Assembly: GCF_046119375.1 (NCBI RefSeq)
Contig: NW_027362762.1
Span: 354,020,001 to 354,084,000, forward strand
Reading direction: 5' to 3'
DNA from: Phyllobates terribilis
Lineage: Eukaryota
DNA length: 64,000 bases
Shown here: positions 37,232 through 49,316 of the stretch, piece by piece
Position numbering within the stretch: the stretch's first letter is position 1
How the letters are laid out: each line of letters opens with the position of its first letter
Notes under the pieces: generated by a model
The model's database searches: none
What the model was told of the DNA's origin: nothing
What the model saw: the letters and a program-made list of their open reading frames with translations, nothing else
Translations under genes and position numbers: made by a program

Positions 37232-38200
37232 AGTTTAAAAAACTGATGGCGGTGGCTGTCCTGCAGTATGTTCTTTCCTGCCCCCACTACTTCTCCAGGC
37301 ATTTCATCCCTGCCTTGCACAAACATGTTACAGAAAAAATAAGGTGTGAACTGTGCAACACCATCAGTGGCAAGGTCCACCGATATGTGGACCCAAAAGC
37401 ACGGCAAGGGTCGTTATATCTCCCTAACTGCCCACTGGTAAATCTAATGGTGGCTGGGACAGAGGCAGAAGGCATTCTAGCCCATGTTGTACCACTATTG
37501 AAGGTTGCTGGAAGTTTTTCTGTCCAGGTTACCTCCTCCTCCTACTTTGCTTCTCCATCACCTTCTCATCTTGTCAAGGTAAGACCTGCAACACAAACTT
37601 CTGCAAAGCCAGGGAGGAATGACAGCAGGCTGTTCTTAAACTTCTCTATTTGTAGCACAACCCCACAATGTGCTTGACAAGTGGATGGGGATAAAACAAC
37701 AAATAGATGAGTAGTTGGTGCTGGTGAACCTCAAGTTAAGGCCTGGTGGTGTGCGATAACAGGCAAAATCTCTTAGCAGCACTGCTCCTAGCCGGTTTGA
37801 TGCACATCCCTTGCCAGGTACATGCGCTAAACTTGGTAGAGCAGAGCTTCCTCACAAACTACCCACATATGTCAGAGCTGCTGATAGTTTGGGCAGTGTG
37901 TGCATGCTTTTGTCATTCTCATCCTGCCGCTGGCCTGTCAGCGCTGCAGCATCACTTCTGCCTTCCCGCTCACCTCCTCATCTGCGACATAACAACAAGA
38001 TGGAACTCCACCTTGCATATGCTGGAGAGACTGTGCGAGCATTAGCAGGCAATAGTGGAGTTTCAGCTGAAGCATGCACAGGTGAGTCGCTCTGCAGAAC
38101 AACACCACCATCTTTTCGGGAGGACACTCCCGCTTTACCCCGCCGGCTCATCAGTACAGACCCAGCTGGACGTATGGTAACAGCGCGCATCAACTGCTGA
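37232..38200 (+). pseudogene. Decayed hAT transposase core fragment (different subfamily)
   Basis: LMAVAV..HYFSRHFIPALHKHV, VCDNRQNL, HIPC..LNLV and ICDITTRWNSTLHMLERLCE. Confidence 0.85.
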
Positions 38201-39133
38201 ACTATTGCGCTCGGTCTGGCTGGCTGAGGACTTCCACGCTACTGTTGTTGATTATAGCTAGGATCAATGTGTGTATCCTCACTGAGGAAAGAGTTAGAAG
38301 TAAGATATCCATTTGGGTTGCATTTTCATTTTCCTTTTTTTGTATTTATCTACATCCATCTAGTCAGAGCCACCAGCTCTGAGTGTACTTAGCGCGGTAA
38401 TATTTGTGGTTGTTTTTTTTTATTATTATTATTACATTGTGCAGGCAGATACACACCGAGCCTGCTTACTACCAGCAGCTTTTATATCCTGTGTGAAGCG
38501 CCAGTGTGTTTTTTAGTTTTTTAGAATTATAGATTGTTTTAAGTCACTTCCATAAAAAAAAAATAATAAAAACACACAGAAAAAAAATAAAAAAATACCA
38601 AAAATAAATCAGTCTCCCTTTCATATTTCACCTATACTGCCACATCCACCTCTTTCTCCACCTACGCATCCTGTTTCCAGATTGCTAGTTTAAGTTGTGT
38701 TAATCCTAGGTTGTTTTAAGTCAGTTCCATAAAAAAAAACTGAAAAAAAGAAAAACAATACAAAAAATATTAAAAAATAGTGTTGGATTATTCTTCCCTT
38801 GCCTCTTCCACCTACACCACCACATCCTCCTCCACTCGGCCTCCTGGTTCAAGATTATTATGTTTTATTATTCTATGTTATTTTAAGTCATTAACTTATG
38901 AAAATTGGTTTGAAGGCCACTTTTTCTGCACTTGGTCCCATTTAGCTTCCTTTTGCAGCCCCCTAACCCTTACTATGACCATTTTACAGCCATTTTAAAG
39001 CACCGAAGTTTGGGTCCCGATTGACTTGGATTGGGTTCGGCTTTGGGGTCAAGTTCGTATACCGACCCAAACTATTTACCCTAGTTTGTCCGAACCCGAC
39101 GAACCTGAACATCCACAGGTCCGCTCATCCCTA
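38200..39133 (+). mobile_element. hAT 3' region and terminus
   Basis: Ends CCGCTCATCCCTA at 39133 (TAGGGATGAGCGG in reverse complement), with CCGAAC/GTTCGG subterminal motifs at ~39000-39115. Confidence 0.8.
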
Positions 39134-40020
39134 CTCAGTAACTCATGCATCAATAATGCCAGTGATGCAGTAATTTCAGAGTAAAGATTATACAGCTCAA
39201 TATTAGAGAATACATGAATTTGATACATTAGTGTGAATTTTAAATTCCCCAATTGTTTTTCATATAACATCTGGTGGTGCTTTAACGCATCAGAAAATAA
39301 ACAGATGCCCTGTATGAATAAACCTTTAGACTTAGTATTACCTAGTGTAATGTTCCCGCAATAACGCTAACAAGAACATTGATTCTTTTGAAACAGGTAA
39401 TATCTAGAATGTATACATGATTACTGTACAGGATGACAAGATATCTGAAAATACAATATGTTGCATCAGGGTAATTTCCCTCTATCACTAAAGAGATGCT
39501 TGTGGACTGATTAATAGTTAAAAAAGGCAAAACACACAACAGATGGAATCTGCATTGAGTAATGAACATGCACATTCATTTGAAATCACTTGAATCATTT
39601 TTTATGATTCAATTGTGAATTATGGTCTTTTTAGATTTGTAATTATGGCATACAACAGATGGCCAAATCTTTTCTATCCATCGATTAAACTACCATATTT
39701 AAAAAAAATGCTAATTTATGAATCTTTGAAGCTGAAAACAAAGAAATTATATTTTAGCAAATTATTTTTATATTACAAGTCAATTTATTTCATTGTAGAC
39801 ATATACAGGAATCTTACAGACATACTATAAGTGCTAGGATTTTTACTATTTTTAATATAATGAACTATATACCATACAATAAATTTCACATAAGCAATTG
39901 TTGCATCAGAAATGTAGGAAAATATGGATATCACTTAGCTCAATAAACATTTGAAAGTGTCTAAAAAGGGGAAAATATTTAATATTGAAATACACCCATT
40001 TTTAGATGCATATTAATGTA

Positions 40021-41593
40021 CACTGCTTAAAAAATAAAGGGAACACTCAAATAACACATCCTAGATCTGAATGTATGAAATATTCTCATTGAATACTATG
40101 TTCTGTACAAAGTTGAATGTGCTGACAACAAAATCACACAAAAATCAACAATGGAAATCAAATTTATTAACCAATGGAGGCCTGGATTTGGAGTCACACC
40201 CAAAATTAAAGTGGAAAAACATACTACAGGCTGATCCAACTTTGATGTAATGACCTTAAAACAAGTCAAAATGAGGCTCAGTATTGTGTGTGGCCTCCAC
40301 GTGCCTGTATGACCTCCCTACAATGCCTGGGCATGCTCCTGATGAGGTTGCGGATGGTTTCCTGTGGGATCTCCTCCTAGACCTGGACTAAAGCATCCAC
40401 CAATTCCTGGACAGTCTGTGGTGCAAGGTGACGCTGGTGGATGGAGAGAGATATGATGTCCAAGATGTGCTCAATTGGATTCAGGTCTGGGGAACGGGCA
40501 GGCCAGTCCATAGCTTCAATGCTTTCATCTTGCAGGAACTGCTGACACACTCCAGCCACGTGAGGTCTGGCATTGTCCTGCATTAGGAGGAACCCAGGGC
40601 CAACCACACCAGCATATAGTCTGAGGATCTCATCTCGGTACTTAATGGCAGTCAGGCTACCTCTGGCGAGCCGAGCACATGGAGGGCTGTGCGGCCCTCC
40701 AAAGAAATGCCACCCCACACCATTACTGACCCACTGCCAAATCGGTCATGCTGAAGGATGTTGCAGGTAGCAGATTGCTCTCCATGGCATCTCCAGACTC
40801 TGTCACATCTGTCACATGTGCTCAGTGTGAACCTTCTTTCATCTGTGAAGAGCACAGGGCCCCTGTGGCGACTTTGCCAATCTTGGTGTTCTGTGGCAAA
40901 TGCCAAGCGTCCTGCACGGTGTTGGGCTGTGAGCACAACCCCCATCTGTGGACCTCAGGCCCTCATGCCACCCTCATGGAGTCAGTTTCTAACCGTTTGT
41001 GCAGACACATGCACATTTGTGGCCTGCTGGAGGTCATTTTGCAGGGCTCTGGCAGTGCTCCTCCTGTTACTCCTTGCAAAAAGGCAGAGGTAGCGGCCCT
41101 GGTGCTGGGTTTTTGCCCTCCTACGGCCCCCTCCACGTCTCCTGATGTACTGGCCTGTCTCCTGGTAGCGCCTCCAGCCTCTGGACACTACGCTGACAGA
41201 CACAGCCAACCTTCTTGCCACAGCTCTCATTGATGTGCCATCCTGGATGAACTGCACTACCTGAGCAACTTCTGTGGGTTGTAGAGTCCATCTCATGCTA
41301 CCACGAGTGTAAAAGCACAACCAACATTCAAAAGTGACCAAAACATCAGCCAGAAAGCATTGGTACTGAGATTTGGTCTGTGGACCCCACCTGCAGAACC
41401 ACTCCTTTATTGAGGGTGTCTTGATAATTGCCAATAATTTCCATCTATTGTCTATTCCATTTGCACAACAGCATGTGAAATTTATTATCAATCAGTGTTG
41501 CTTCCTAAGTGGACAGTTTGATTTCACAGAAGTTTGAATTACTTGAAGTTAAGTTCTGTTGTTTAAGTGTTCCTTTTATTTTTTTGAGCAGTG
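40021..41593 (-). mobile_element. Tc1 DD34E transposon, 1,573 bp, full-length ends, disrupted transposase (~40278-41296)
   Basis: TA-flanked TIRs CACTGCT(T/C)AAAAAA..GAACAC. Motifs FTDE, WGGIS and MQDNARPH..WPARSPDLNPIE (D-34-E). Frameshifts are present. Confidence 0.93.
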
Positions 41594-43359
41594 TATAATG
41601 TAGGCCAAGTAAAAACTGGAGAAATTGTCTATCTTCTTGCAAGTTGCACCAAATTACATAGCATACACTACTATGAAAAATTTTGTGCATCTTCAGACTG
41701 CCAGACCCAAGTTTATCCTATCTGACATCATCTGTAAATGTGACCTGATGGATTCAATCCATATTCTAAGCAGAAATGTTATGAATAAAAGCTCAAGGAC
41801 TATACTGTTCTATTTAGGCAAGAAGTGCATTATAGTTTTTATTATCAATGTTAATTTGTGCCAAAAAGACCATTGTAAATTGGAAACATGTAACTTGAGA
41901 CCATGGGCCCAATTAATCAAAGCTTTCATCCCAGAAAAACTTTGTAAAGTTGCAAAATTTAGGCGCAACTCAGAGTTACACCTAAATTTAGCATCTTTTG
42001 GTGTTTTCACGCCAATTTCTCCAAGCTCAGACAATTGGTCGTTGCTAAGGTGGGAAGTGGAGTGTCGTGAGGGCATGCCACCTTTAAATCATGATGATCT
42101 GTGGAGTTTTGCATGCCAAAATTCTCACTCAAGTCCCTAAATGGACTGAAATTTCTTATGTAACTCACGGAGGCTCACTCCACTTGTCAGATTCATGAAG
42201 AGGTGTGCACCATTAGTATCAGGCCCAATTACTTTATTATCAATTCTCAAGGAAAACATGACAATATGTATATATTTAAAAAAATTCTAATCCAAAGGGT
42301 TCAATTGATTTGCAGAAAACTGTAGTACTGAAAATGTTTCCTTCATTTCTAGACTTTTTCACAGGCTATTATAGTCCCTCCTGGCTGCACTATACCATGT
42401 GATATACTAACTGCAAGAAATTATGGGGAAGCCTGCACTGTCATACCTGAGGTCATTTCAACCTTCTGAGACAGGCAATTTTTTGGCAAGTTATGTGAAT
42501 TGAATCACAAATTGTTTGAATTCACCAGGACAAGCAATTTTCGATGTCATCGATTTTATAAGTAAATATGTTTCTAAAAGTGCTATTGACATGAAATTCT
42601 TATCAGTTATCTGTAACAACTAGTGAATATGTTTGAAAAATGATCTCAAATTTAAAATTTGGCACAAATATAGCACATTCGGATTCGTAAACGGAAACAC
42701 GAGCATTTTGTTTTAAAATAGGCTAAAATCGGTAAAATTCGGTAACAGTGCAGAAAATTATTGCATTGCAACTAAAGTATTTTTATCACTTTGGCTATGA
42801 TAGTGGTGGTGAGTGATGATCGGGGGGGTCATGTTTGATGAGAGAAGGGGCTGGGGAGAGCTCAGAACAGAGCTCAGAGGAGCTGCATGGTTTTTCATTT
42901 TTTTTCCTAACTTTGTGTGTGCAAATCGAGGCTAGCCAATCAGGGCGCAGGAAGCATCCACACTGTCCAGACACAAGGGCTTGTACCATTGGTTGCTGAA
43001 ATCCAATGTCTCTCTCTATAATAAGAGCGGATATATTGTGTTAGCATCATTTTGTGATTATCACAGGTCACAGAGGCTGCTGCTGACGGTGCTCCTGGAC
43101 TCATTAGATGCTAGCTAGTTATATAGGTGGTTTGTTCGAGGTCAGATAGTTTAGGTAGCTAGTGTCCTGTGTGGCTGTGAAATTGACCTTCCAGCAGAAT
43201 TTTTTTTTCTTGTGCCATTAGTGAGGTCCAGACAAAGAAAGCAGGGCACATGTAATAGAAGTCTGTTGTGCAGTGCTTCTATTGTGCTCCATGCACAAAA
43301 TGCATACAGCTGAATTTCACCCCCACAAAATGACAAGGCTGGCTAATATGATTTGCTGT

Positions 43360-43903
43360 ATCATGTTAGCAACTGAAAAAAATAGATTTTTTTACTCTGC
43401 AGGGGCTCTGCAGAGTAAAAAAATATGTTGTTTTCTGTGAGTAGCGTGACGCAGCATGCCATAAGACTCCTTGTCATTTTGTGGCATTGAAATTCAGCTG
43501 TATGCAGAGTAAAAAAATTTTTTTTTTTCTGTAACGTGACGCAGCACGCCATAAGCCACCTTGCCATTTTGTGGCACTGAAATTCAGCTGTATGCAGAGT
43601 AAAAAAAAAGATTATTTTCTGTGAGTACCGTGACGCAACACGCCATAAGTCACCTTGTCATTTTGTGGCATTGAAATTCAGCTGTATGCAAAGTGAAAAA
43701 AATATTTTTTTCTGTAACGTGACGCAGCACGCCAAAAGTCACCTTGTCATTTTGTGGCATTGAAATTGAGCTGTATGCAGAGTGAAATTTTTTTTTTCTG
43801 TGAGTAACATGACCCAGCACGCTGTAAGCCACCTTGTCATTTTGTGGTGTTGAAATGTAGCTGTTTTCAGAGTAAAAAAAAATATTTTTTTCTGTGAGTA
43901 ACA
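43360..43903. repeat. ~90-bp tandem array, ~6 copies (probably internal to an old hAT derivative starting near 42620)
   Basis: TTG(T/C)CATTTTGTGG occurs at 43471, 43561, 43655, 43744 and 43834. Confidence 0.88.
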
Positions 43904-44665
43904 AGTGATGAGCGAGCACTAAAATGCTCAGGTGCTCGTTGTTCGAGTTGAGAAAATCGTAATGCTCGAGTTCTCTACCTGAGCAATAAGGCCAATGTAA
44001 GTTTATGGGAAACTCGAGCATTTTACCACCGGCACTCCGCCCCACCGGAGGTCTGCAAGGAGTCTAAAAATTGCCCAAATCGATAGGAATAGTGCTCAAA
44101 TGACATGTAAACAGCATGGGGAAAACCCCTGGAAGAATCTCTGACTCCCAGGTCACTGCTGTCAACAATGTTGTCAGAGTATTATGCCACTTTTATGGAC
44201 TCACAATAAAACATACAAAAACAAAACCATAATGGATTCTTCTGGAAAAAAATGTTAAGGAACATTCTTTCCAGGGTAATGACTTGTATATAAGGCAAAA
44301 TAAATAACCAAAAACAAAAATGCTCCTCCACACCTTGGGCTATGTTCACACGTAGTTTGAGTTTTTCCACTTTTGCATTGCTTTCAACGGTGAAAAATAC
44401 ATTCCTCAGTAAATGTCATTTTAACATTTTACAACCTTATTTGGCCATGTGGTGGGTGAGACATGATCAGACACATCTATAAAGTGCTGAAAAGACATGG
44501 AAAGATTCCTGGAAGTATCTCTGACTCCCAGGTCACTGCCTAAAACCATGGTCATCACACATGATCCTATATTACTGCGGTAATAATACAGACATTTTTG
44601 GCAACGTGACAAATATTATACTCCATTTAAAATGGGCAAGGCGCATGGCAAGGAACATTGGGCTG
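43904..44665 (+). mobile_element. hAT 5' end including the transposase start codon, truncated
   Basis: Starts (A)AGTGATGAGCGAGCACTAAAATG, with CTCGAG/CGAGC motifs. CTCCATTTAAAATGGGCAAGGC at ~44621-44642 is identical to the start of the hAT ORF at 53587. Confidence 0.8.
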
Positions 44666-44896
44666 AGTAAACAAACTATTGCAATTTTTGTCCACTAAAA
44701 TTTTGCTTTGACCCCAAGTTTCTAGTTTTCAAAAGGGGTAATAGTAGAAAACAGACAGTACAATTTATTATGCAATTTATCTTGAGTGCGTCAATACCCC
44801 ATACGTGGGTGAAAACTTCTGTTGAGGCACAGTGCAAATCTCAGAAGGGAAGGAGCTCCATATTGTAGTGCAGATTTTACTGTTATGGTTTGCGAG

Positions 44897-45880
44897 TAGT
44901 GATGAGCGAGCATGCTTGCTACTGCTCGGTGCTCGCTCGAGCATCTCACTGCGCGACATGCTCGGTGCTTGCCCAGTATTTCCGGGGTTGCTCAGCGGGA
45001 GCTCAGGTCCCCTCCCTGCACCTTTGGCACTCTTTAAAGCGCCAATCAGCATGCGAGGATTGTCTGCCACACATTGTAATGGCGCAGCCATGTTGGTTGT
45101 GGCATTACAGTGATTGGCGTCATCAGATCTATATCAGACCTGGCACCGCCATGCTCGTCACAGTCACTCCGGAATCAGACAGTGTAGGGAGAGCTGCTGT
45201 TGAGATAGGGAGAGATTTGCTTATTTCTAGTTAGTGTAGGCATACCAGACCATATTAGAGACACATATCCACCTCAACTAACAGTCCATCTGAGGACTAA
45301 TCCAGCTACAGAGATATCAGTGCAAGTCAGGCAGACTGTTAGAACCCTCCTGTTTGTTTTCGTTTCTATCTTGTGTTTTGCGGTCACGTGACCATCTTCC
45401 TATATATTCCAGCTCCGCCCTTCTGGCCTTGCTGGACTTCAGTGTTGTTTAGACTGTCTTTCTAGCCAGGTGCTTTTGTGCCTATCTATCTCTAGTTTGC
45501 TTGGTCCTCTGGACCTCTAGTTCTTTTGTCAGTTTACCTTTTGCTCTGCAACAACTTCTGTTAGGAGGTGTCCCATTTTTTGTCCCAGTCCTTAGTTCTT
45601 TTAGGGACCCCTCCCTTTCTCTATAGGTCTCCGTTCAGACTAGCCGAGGATAAAGGCGGGTCTGTTCACAAGGAACAGGTCGCCCGCTACAATGTAGGGA
45701 CTCAGCTTAGTCTTATTGTAGGGACAGCTCTCCCCTTCTTTCCCTAGTTTATGTTGCAGATCATAACACAGGCAGGGTATATAGCAGACTGCAGTGCACA
45801 TAGCAGGAGGGTCTATTCCAGTTCTGTCTGCTAGCATTGGAGCCAGATGTGGTAAATTGTGGTAGGAGGGGTGTAAATAG
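44897..45880 (+). mobile_element. hAT-type end/non-autonomous element, interrupted by a solo LTR; right boundary approximate
   Basis: Starts TAGTGATGAGCGAGCATGC at 44897, with CGAGC/GCTCG subterminal motifs. No partner end was seen. Confidence 0.65.
45337..45768. mobile_element. Solo LTR, 432 bp
   Basis: TGTTA...TAACA termini, a 5-bp TSD CAGAC/CAGGC (one mismatch) and a TATATA box near 45402. Confidence 0.75.
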
Positions 45881-46740
45881 TGCTTGGTTATAAGTAATAT
45901 GAGAGTAGTGGGACTGGTGGGGTACCTGCTAAGTTTTGCTGGCAGTCTCTGTTTTGTTTAAGTTTTGGCTCATGTTTTGTTAGTTGTAATGGTTTCTACT
46001 TTCATAATAAAATAGAGTTCCAGTTCTGTCTGCTGGTGCTTTTACAGATATTTGTAGTAATAGGCCCAGGAATCAGGGGCCAGGAATATTTTTTTTTTCA
46101 TTTTAATCCTGATTATTTGCTTAAAAGGCAATCCAGAGAACACCGTTTATCTGCGCCATTTGCTTGTTGGCACTGCAGAATACAGCCAGGTCCTTTCCAT
46201 ATTAAAGTGCTAAAAATCCAGCTATTTAAAAACTGTGGTTTGTCCATCACACGGGTCACATATAATTGCGCTGAAAATATTGCCATTTCTGGCCTCCATT
46301 GAGTTTGTACGTCACATATACAGTACAGACCAAAAGTTTGGACACACCTTCTCATTTAAAGATTTTTCTGCATTTTCATGACTTTGAAAATTGTACATTC
46401 ACACTGAAGGCATCAAAACTATGAATTAACACATGTAGAATTATATACTTAATGAAAAAGCGTGAAACAACTGAAAATAGGTCTTATATTCTAGGTTCTT
46501 CAAAGTAGCCACCTTTTGCTTTGATGACTGCTTTGCACACTCTTGGCATTCTCTTGATGAGCTTCAAGAGGTAGTCACCGGAAATGGTTTTCACTTCACA
46601 GGTGTGCCCTGTCAGGTTTAATAAGTGGGATTTCTTGCCTTATAAAAGGGGTTGGAACCATCAGTTGTGTTGTGCAGGAGTCAGGTGGATTCACAGCAGA
46701 CAGTCCTAGTCCTACTGAATAGACTGTTAGAATTTGTATT

Positions 46741-47442
46741 ATGGCAAGAAAAAATCAGCTAAGTAAAGATGAAAGTAAGTCAGTCCAAAAAATTGGGCAA
46801 ACTTTGAATGTGTCCCCAAGTGCAGTTGCAAAAACCGTCAAGCGCTACAAAGAAACTGGCTCACATGAGGACCGCCCCAGGAAAGGAAGACCAAGAGTCA
46901 CCTCTGCTTCTGAGGATAAGTTTATCCGAGTCACCAGCCTCAGAAATCGCAGGTTAACAGCAGCTCAGATTAGAGACCAGGTCAATGCCACACAGAGTTC
47001 TAGCAGCAGACACATCTCTTCAACAACTGTTGAGAGGAGACTTTGTGCAGCAGGCCTTAATGGTAAAATAGCTGCTAGGAGACCACTGCTAAGGACAGGC
47101 AACAAGCAGAAGAGACAAGTTTGGGCTAAAGAACGCAAGGAATGGACATTAGACCAGTGGAAATCTGTGCTTTGGTCTGAGGAGTCCAAATTTGAGATCT
47201 TTGGTTCCAACCACCGTGTCTTTGTGCGACGCAGAAAAGGTGAACAGATGGACTCTACATGCCTGGATCCCACCATGAAGCATGAAGGAGGAGGTGTGAT
47301 AATGTGGGGGTGCTTTGTTGGTGACACTGTTGGGGATTTATTCAAAATTGAAGGCATACTGAACCAGCATGGCTACCACAGCATCTTGCAGCGGCATGCT
47401 ATTCCATCCGGTTTGCGTTTAGTTGGACCATCATTTATTTTT
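46741..47442 (+). pseudogene. DD38E transposase N-terminal half (in-frame deletion of ~10 codons in the first helix)
   Basis: MARKNQLSK..GRPRVTS..WKSVLWSEESKFE..GGGVIMWGCF..LVGPSFIF; compared with the 7746 copy. Confidence 0.9.
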
Positions 47443-48269
47443 TGTAGCGTCGGCGTCCCTGCCTCCTGCTAGGCAGGGACGCTGTTCCCTTCACCTCTCC
47501 GCTCTGCGCCCGGCGTCTTCCTCCCGCTCTGCTGGCAGCGCGCGCTGCTTCCCGGCCACGGTGCTTAGGGCGCGCGCGCGCTCCCCCTCTCTTAAAGGGG
47601 CCGCGCGCGCCGTCCTAAGGAGTCCCCGGCCAATGGCCGGAGGAATTCACCATATATAAGGCACCTCCTCCAAAATGGAGATGCCCGAGCAATGTTGTTG
47701 CAAAGCCTTCACTCTGCTTCAGCCCTCAGGTCCTGTTTCCAGTTACCTGCCAGTCACCTGCCAGATTCCTGCCTGTTACCTGCCAGTCACCTGACAGATT
47801 CCTGCCTGTTACCTGCCAGTCTCCTGGCAGATTCCTGCCTGTTACCTGCCAGTCACATGCCAGATTCCTGCTTGATACCTGCCAGATATCCGTTTACCTG
47901 CTTGCAAGCCTGCGGTCCGACGATCTGCCTTCCGACACCTGTCAGTCTGTCTATGGACCAGCCTGCCCGCTCACCTGGGAGCGCTCGTCTGCTACCTGCC
48001 TGCTAGCCTACCTGGAGGCTCCGTTGTCACTTGCCGTGAGTACCCGTCCTTCTACCCAGAGACTGTCCCTGTCACTTGCCGTGACTACCTGCCCTTCTAC
48101 CCAGAGACTGTCCCTGTCACTTGCCGTGAATACCTGCCCTTCTACCCAGAGACTGTCCCTGTCACTTGCTGTGATTACCTGCCCGTCTTCCCTGGGAGCC
48201 ACCCGCTTCCTTACAAGGACCGCCCCCTTGTATAGTTGCTCAGAGGTTCCGCCTCCCAGACCCGTTACA
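47443..48269 (+). repeat. 5' LTR with internal 33-bp x4 and 45-bp x3 tandem repeats
   Basis: Colinear with 52211-53037; about 20-22 substitutions counted by eye (~2.5-3%). Confidence 0.96.
47625..47692 (+). promoter_or_regulatory. LTR promoter: CCAAT, TATATAA (47653-47659) and predicted transcript start near 47683
   Basis: CCGGCCAATGGCCGG is followed by CATATATAAGG; the spacing to the PBS-complementary sequence is 30 nt. Confidence 0.65.
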
Positions 48270-48271
48270 GT

Positions 48272-48281
48272 TTGCCCGGGC
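48272..48281 (+). promoter_or_regulatory. Primer-binding site, non-tRNA, self-priming type
   Basis: TTGCCCGGGC lies 2 nt after the LTR, lacks the TGG of a tRNA-CCA PBS, and is 9/10 complementary to GCCCGAGCAA at 47683-47692. Confidence 0.7.
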
Positions 48282-48282
48282 C

Positions 48283-49211
48283 ATGGAATCCGGTGGCACC
48301 CAAGCTCCCTCGCTCTCGGACCTATGTCGTGAACTGTCCCGTCAGAGGTCCCAACAGGAGTCCATCCTGAGTCACCTGCGGAGTGACAACTCTCGCCTGG
48401 ACACTCTGTCTGCTCCACCTGCAACCACCGCTAGTGTCATGACTCGCAACCCGGCAGCGCCGCTGCCCACCAATACCATGGTATCCTGTCCCGGACCCCG
48501 GTTTTCTGCACCTCCTCGTTTCGGAGGTGACTCCGCTCAAGCTCGGGGCTTCATAAACTCTTGTCCCACCAGTTTATCTCCGACCGGTCCAAAGTAGCCT
48601 TTATCATGTCCCACCTTACGGGGGAGGCTCTGGCTTGGCTAAATACTCTGTGGGAGAGAGGAGATCCCCTGGTGTCCGACCTGCCAGCCTTTCTCACGGC
48701 TTTCTGGAAAGTCTTCGACGAACCCGGACGGAGGACCTCATCCGCATCGTCTCTGCTACGCCTCCGTCAAGGAGATCTCACCGTGGGCCAATATGCCATA
48801 CGGTTCCGTACCCTTGCTTCAGAGCAGGCCTGGGATAACGACGCTCTGGTGTCTGTCTTCTGGGAGGGTCTGTCCGGCCGTATTAAAGATGAACTTGCCG
48901 GTCGGGACATTCCTACCACTCTCGACGACTTAATAACACTTGCCACCCGGATTGACATCCGATTCCAGGAGCGCGCCAGAGAGGTTACCCGTGAGAGGAG
49001 GTTTCCACGTCTAGCCCCCACCTTCCAGAAACCCGTCACTCCCTCCGTTACTCCCCAGGCACACTCACCTGAGCCTATGCAGGTCGACCAGACCAAGATG
49101 GTCAAAACCCGTCAAGACTTACGCCGTGCCGAGGAGAGCTGCTTCTACTGTGGCAGTAAGGAGCACCGGATCCGTTCCTGCCCAGAGAGGTCGGGAAACG
49201 CCTGTGTCTAG
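48283..49211 (+). pseudogene. Gag (sushi/PEG10-like capsid plus CCHC knuckle), one frameshift near 48565
   Basis: PPRFGGDSAQARGFI; KVAFIMSHLTGEALAW; LRQG..V..YAIRF; EPMQVD; CFYCGSKEHRIRSC. Confidence 0.92.
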
Positions 49212-49262
49212 GATCGCTCAGAGAGGTCGCCCTAGACAAAAGTAAACCCTCTCCATCTCTGA
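49193..49262 (+). promoter_or_regulatory. -1 ribosomal frameshift signal (GGGAAAC plus a downstream stem/pseudoknot)
   Basis: Heptamer at 49193-49199, 5-nt spacer, and stem TGTCTAGG (49205-49212) / CCTAGACA (49231-49238). The -1 frame reads into ..LDSGAA (protease). Confidence 0.8.
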
Positions 49263-49316
49263 TGCTGTCAGTCTCTATCACCTGCGGAGAGAACCGCTAT
49301 TTCGAATTGGCTCAAC

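Noticed and set aside
47692-48424. Repetitive ORFs in the LTRs (LPASHLPDSCL, STQRLSLSLAV)
   Set aside because: They arise from 33- and 45-bp tandem repeats whose lengths are multiples of three; there is no evidence of translation.
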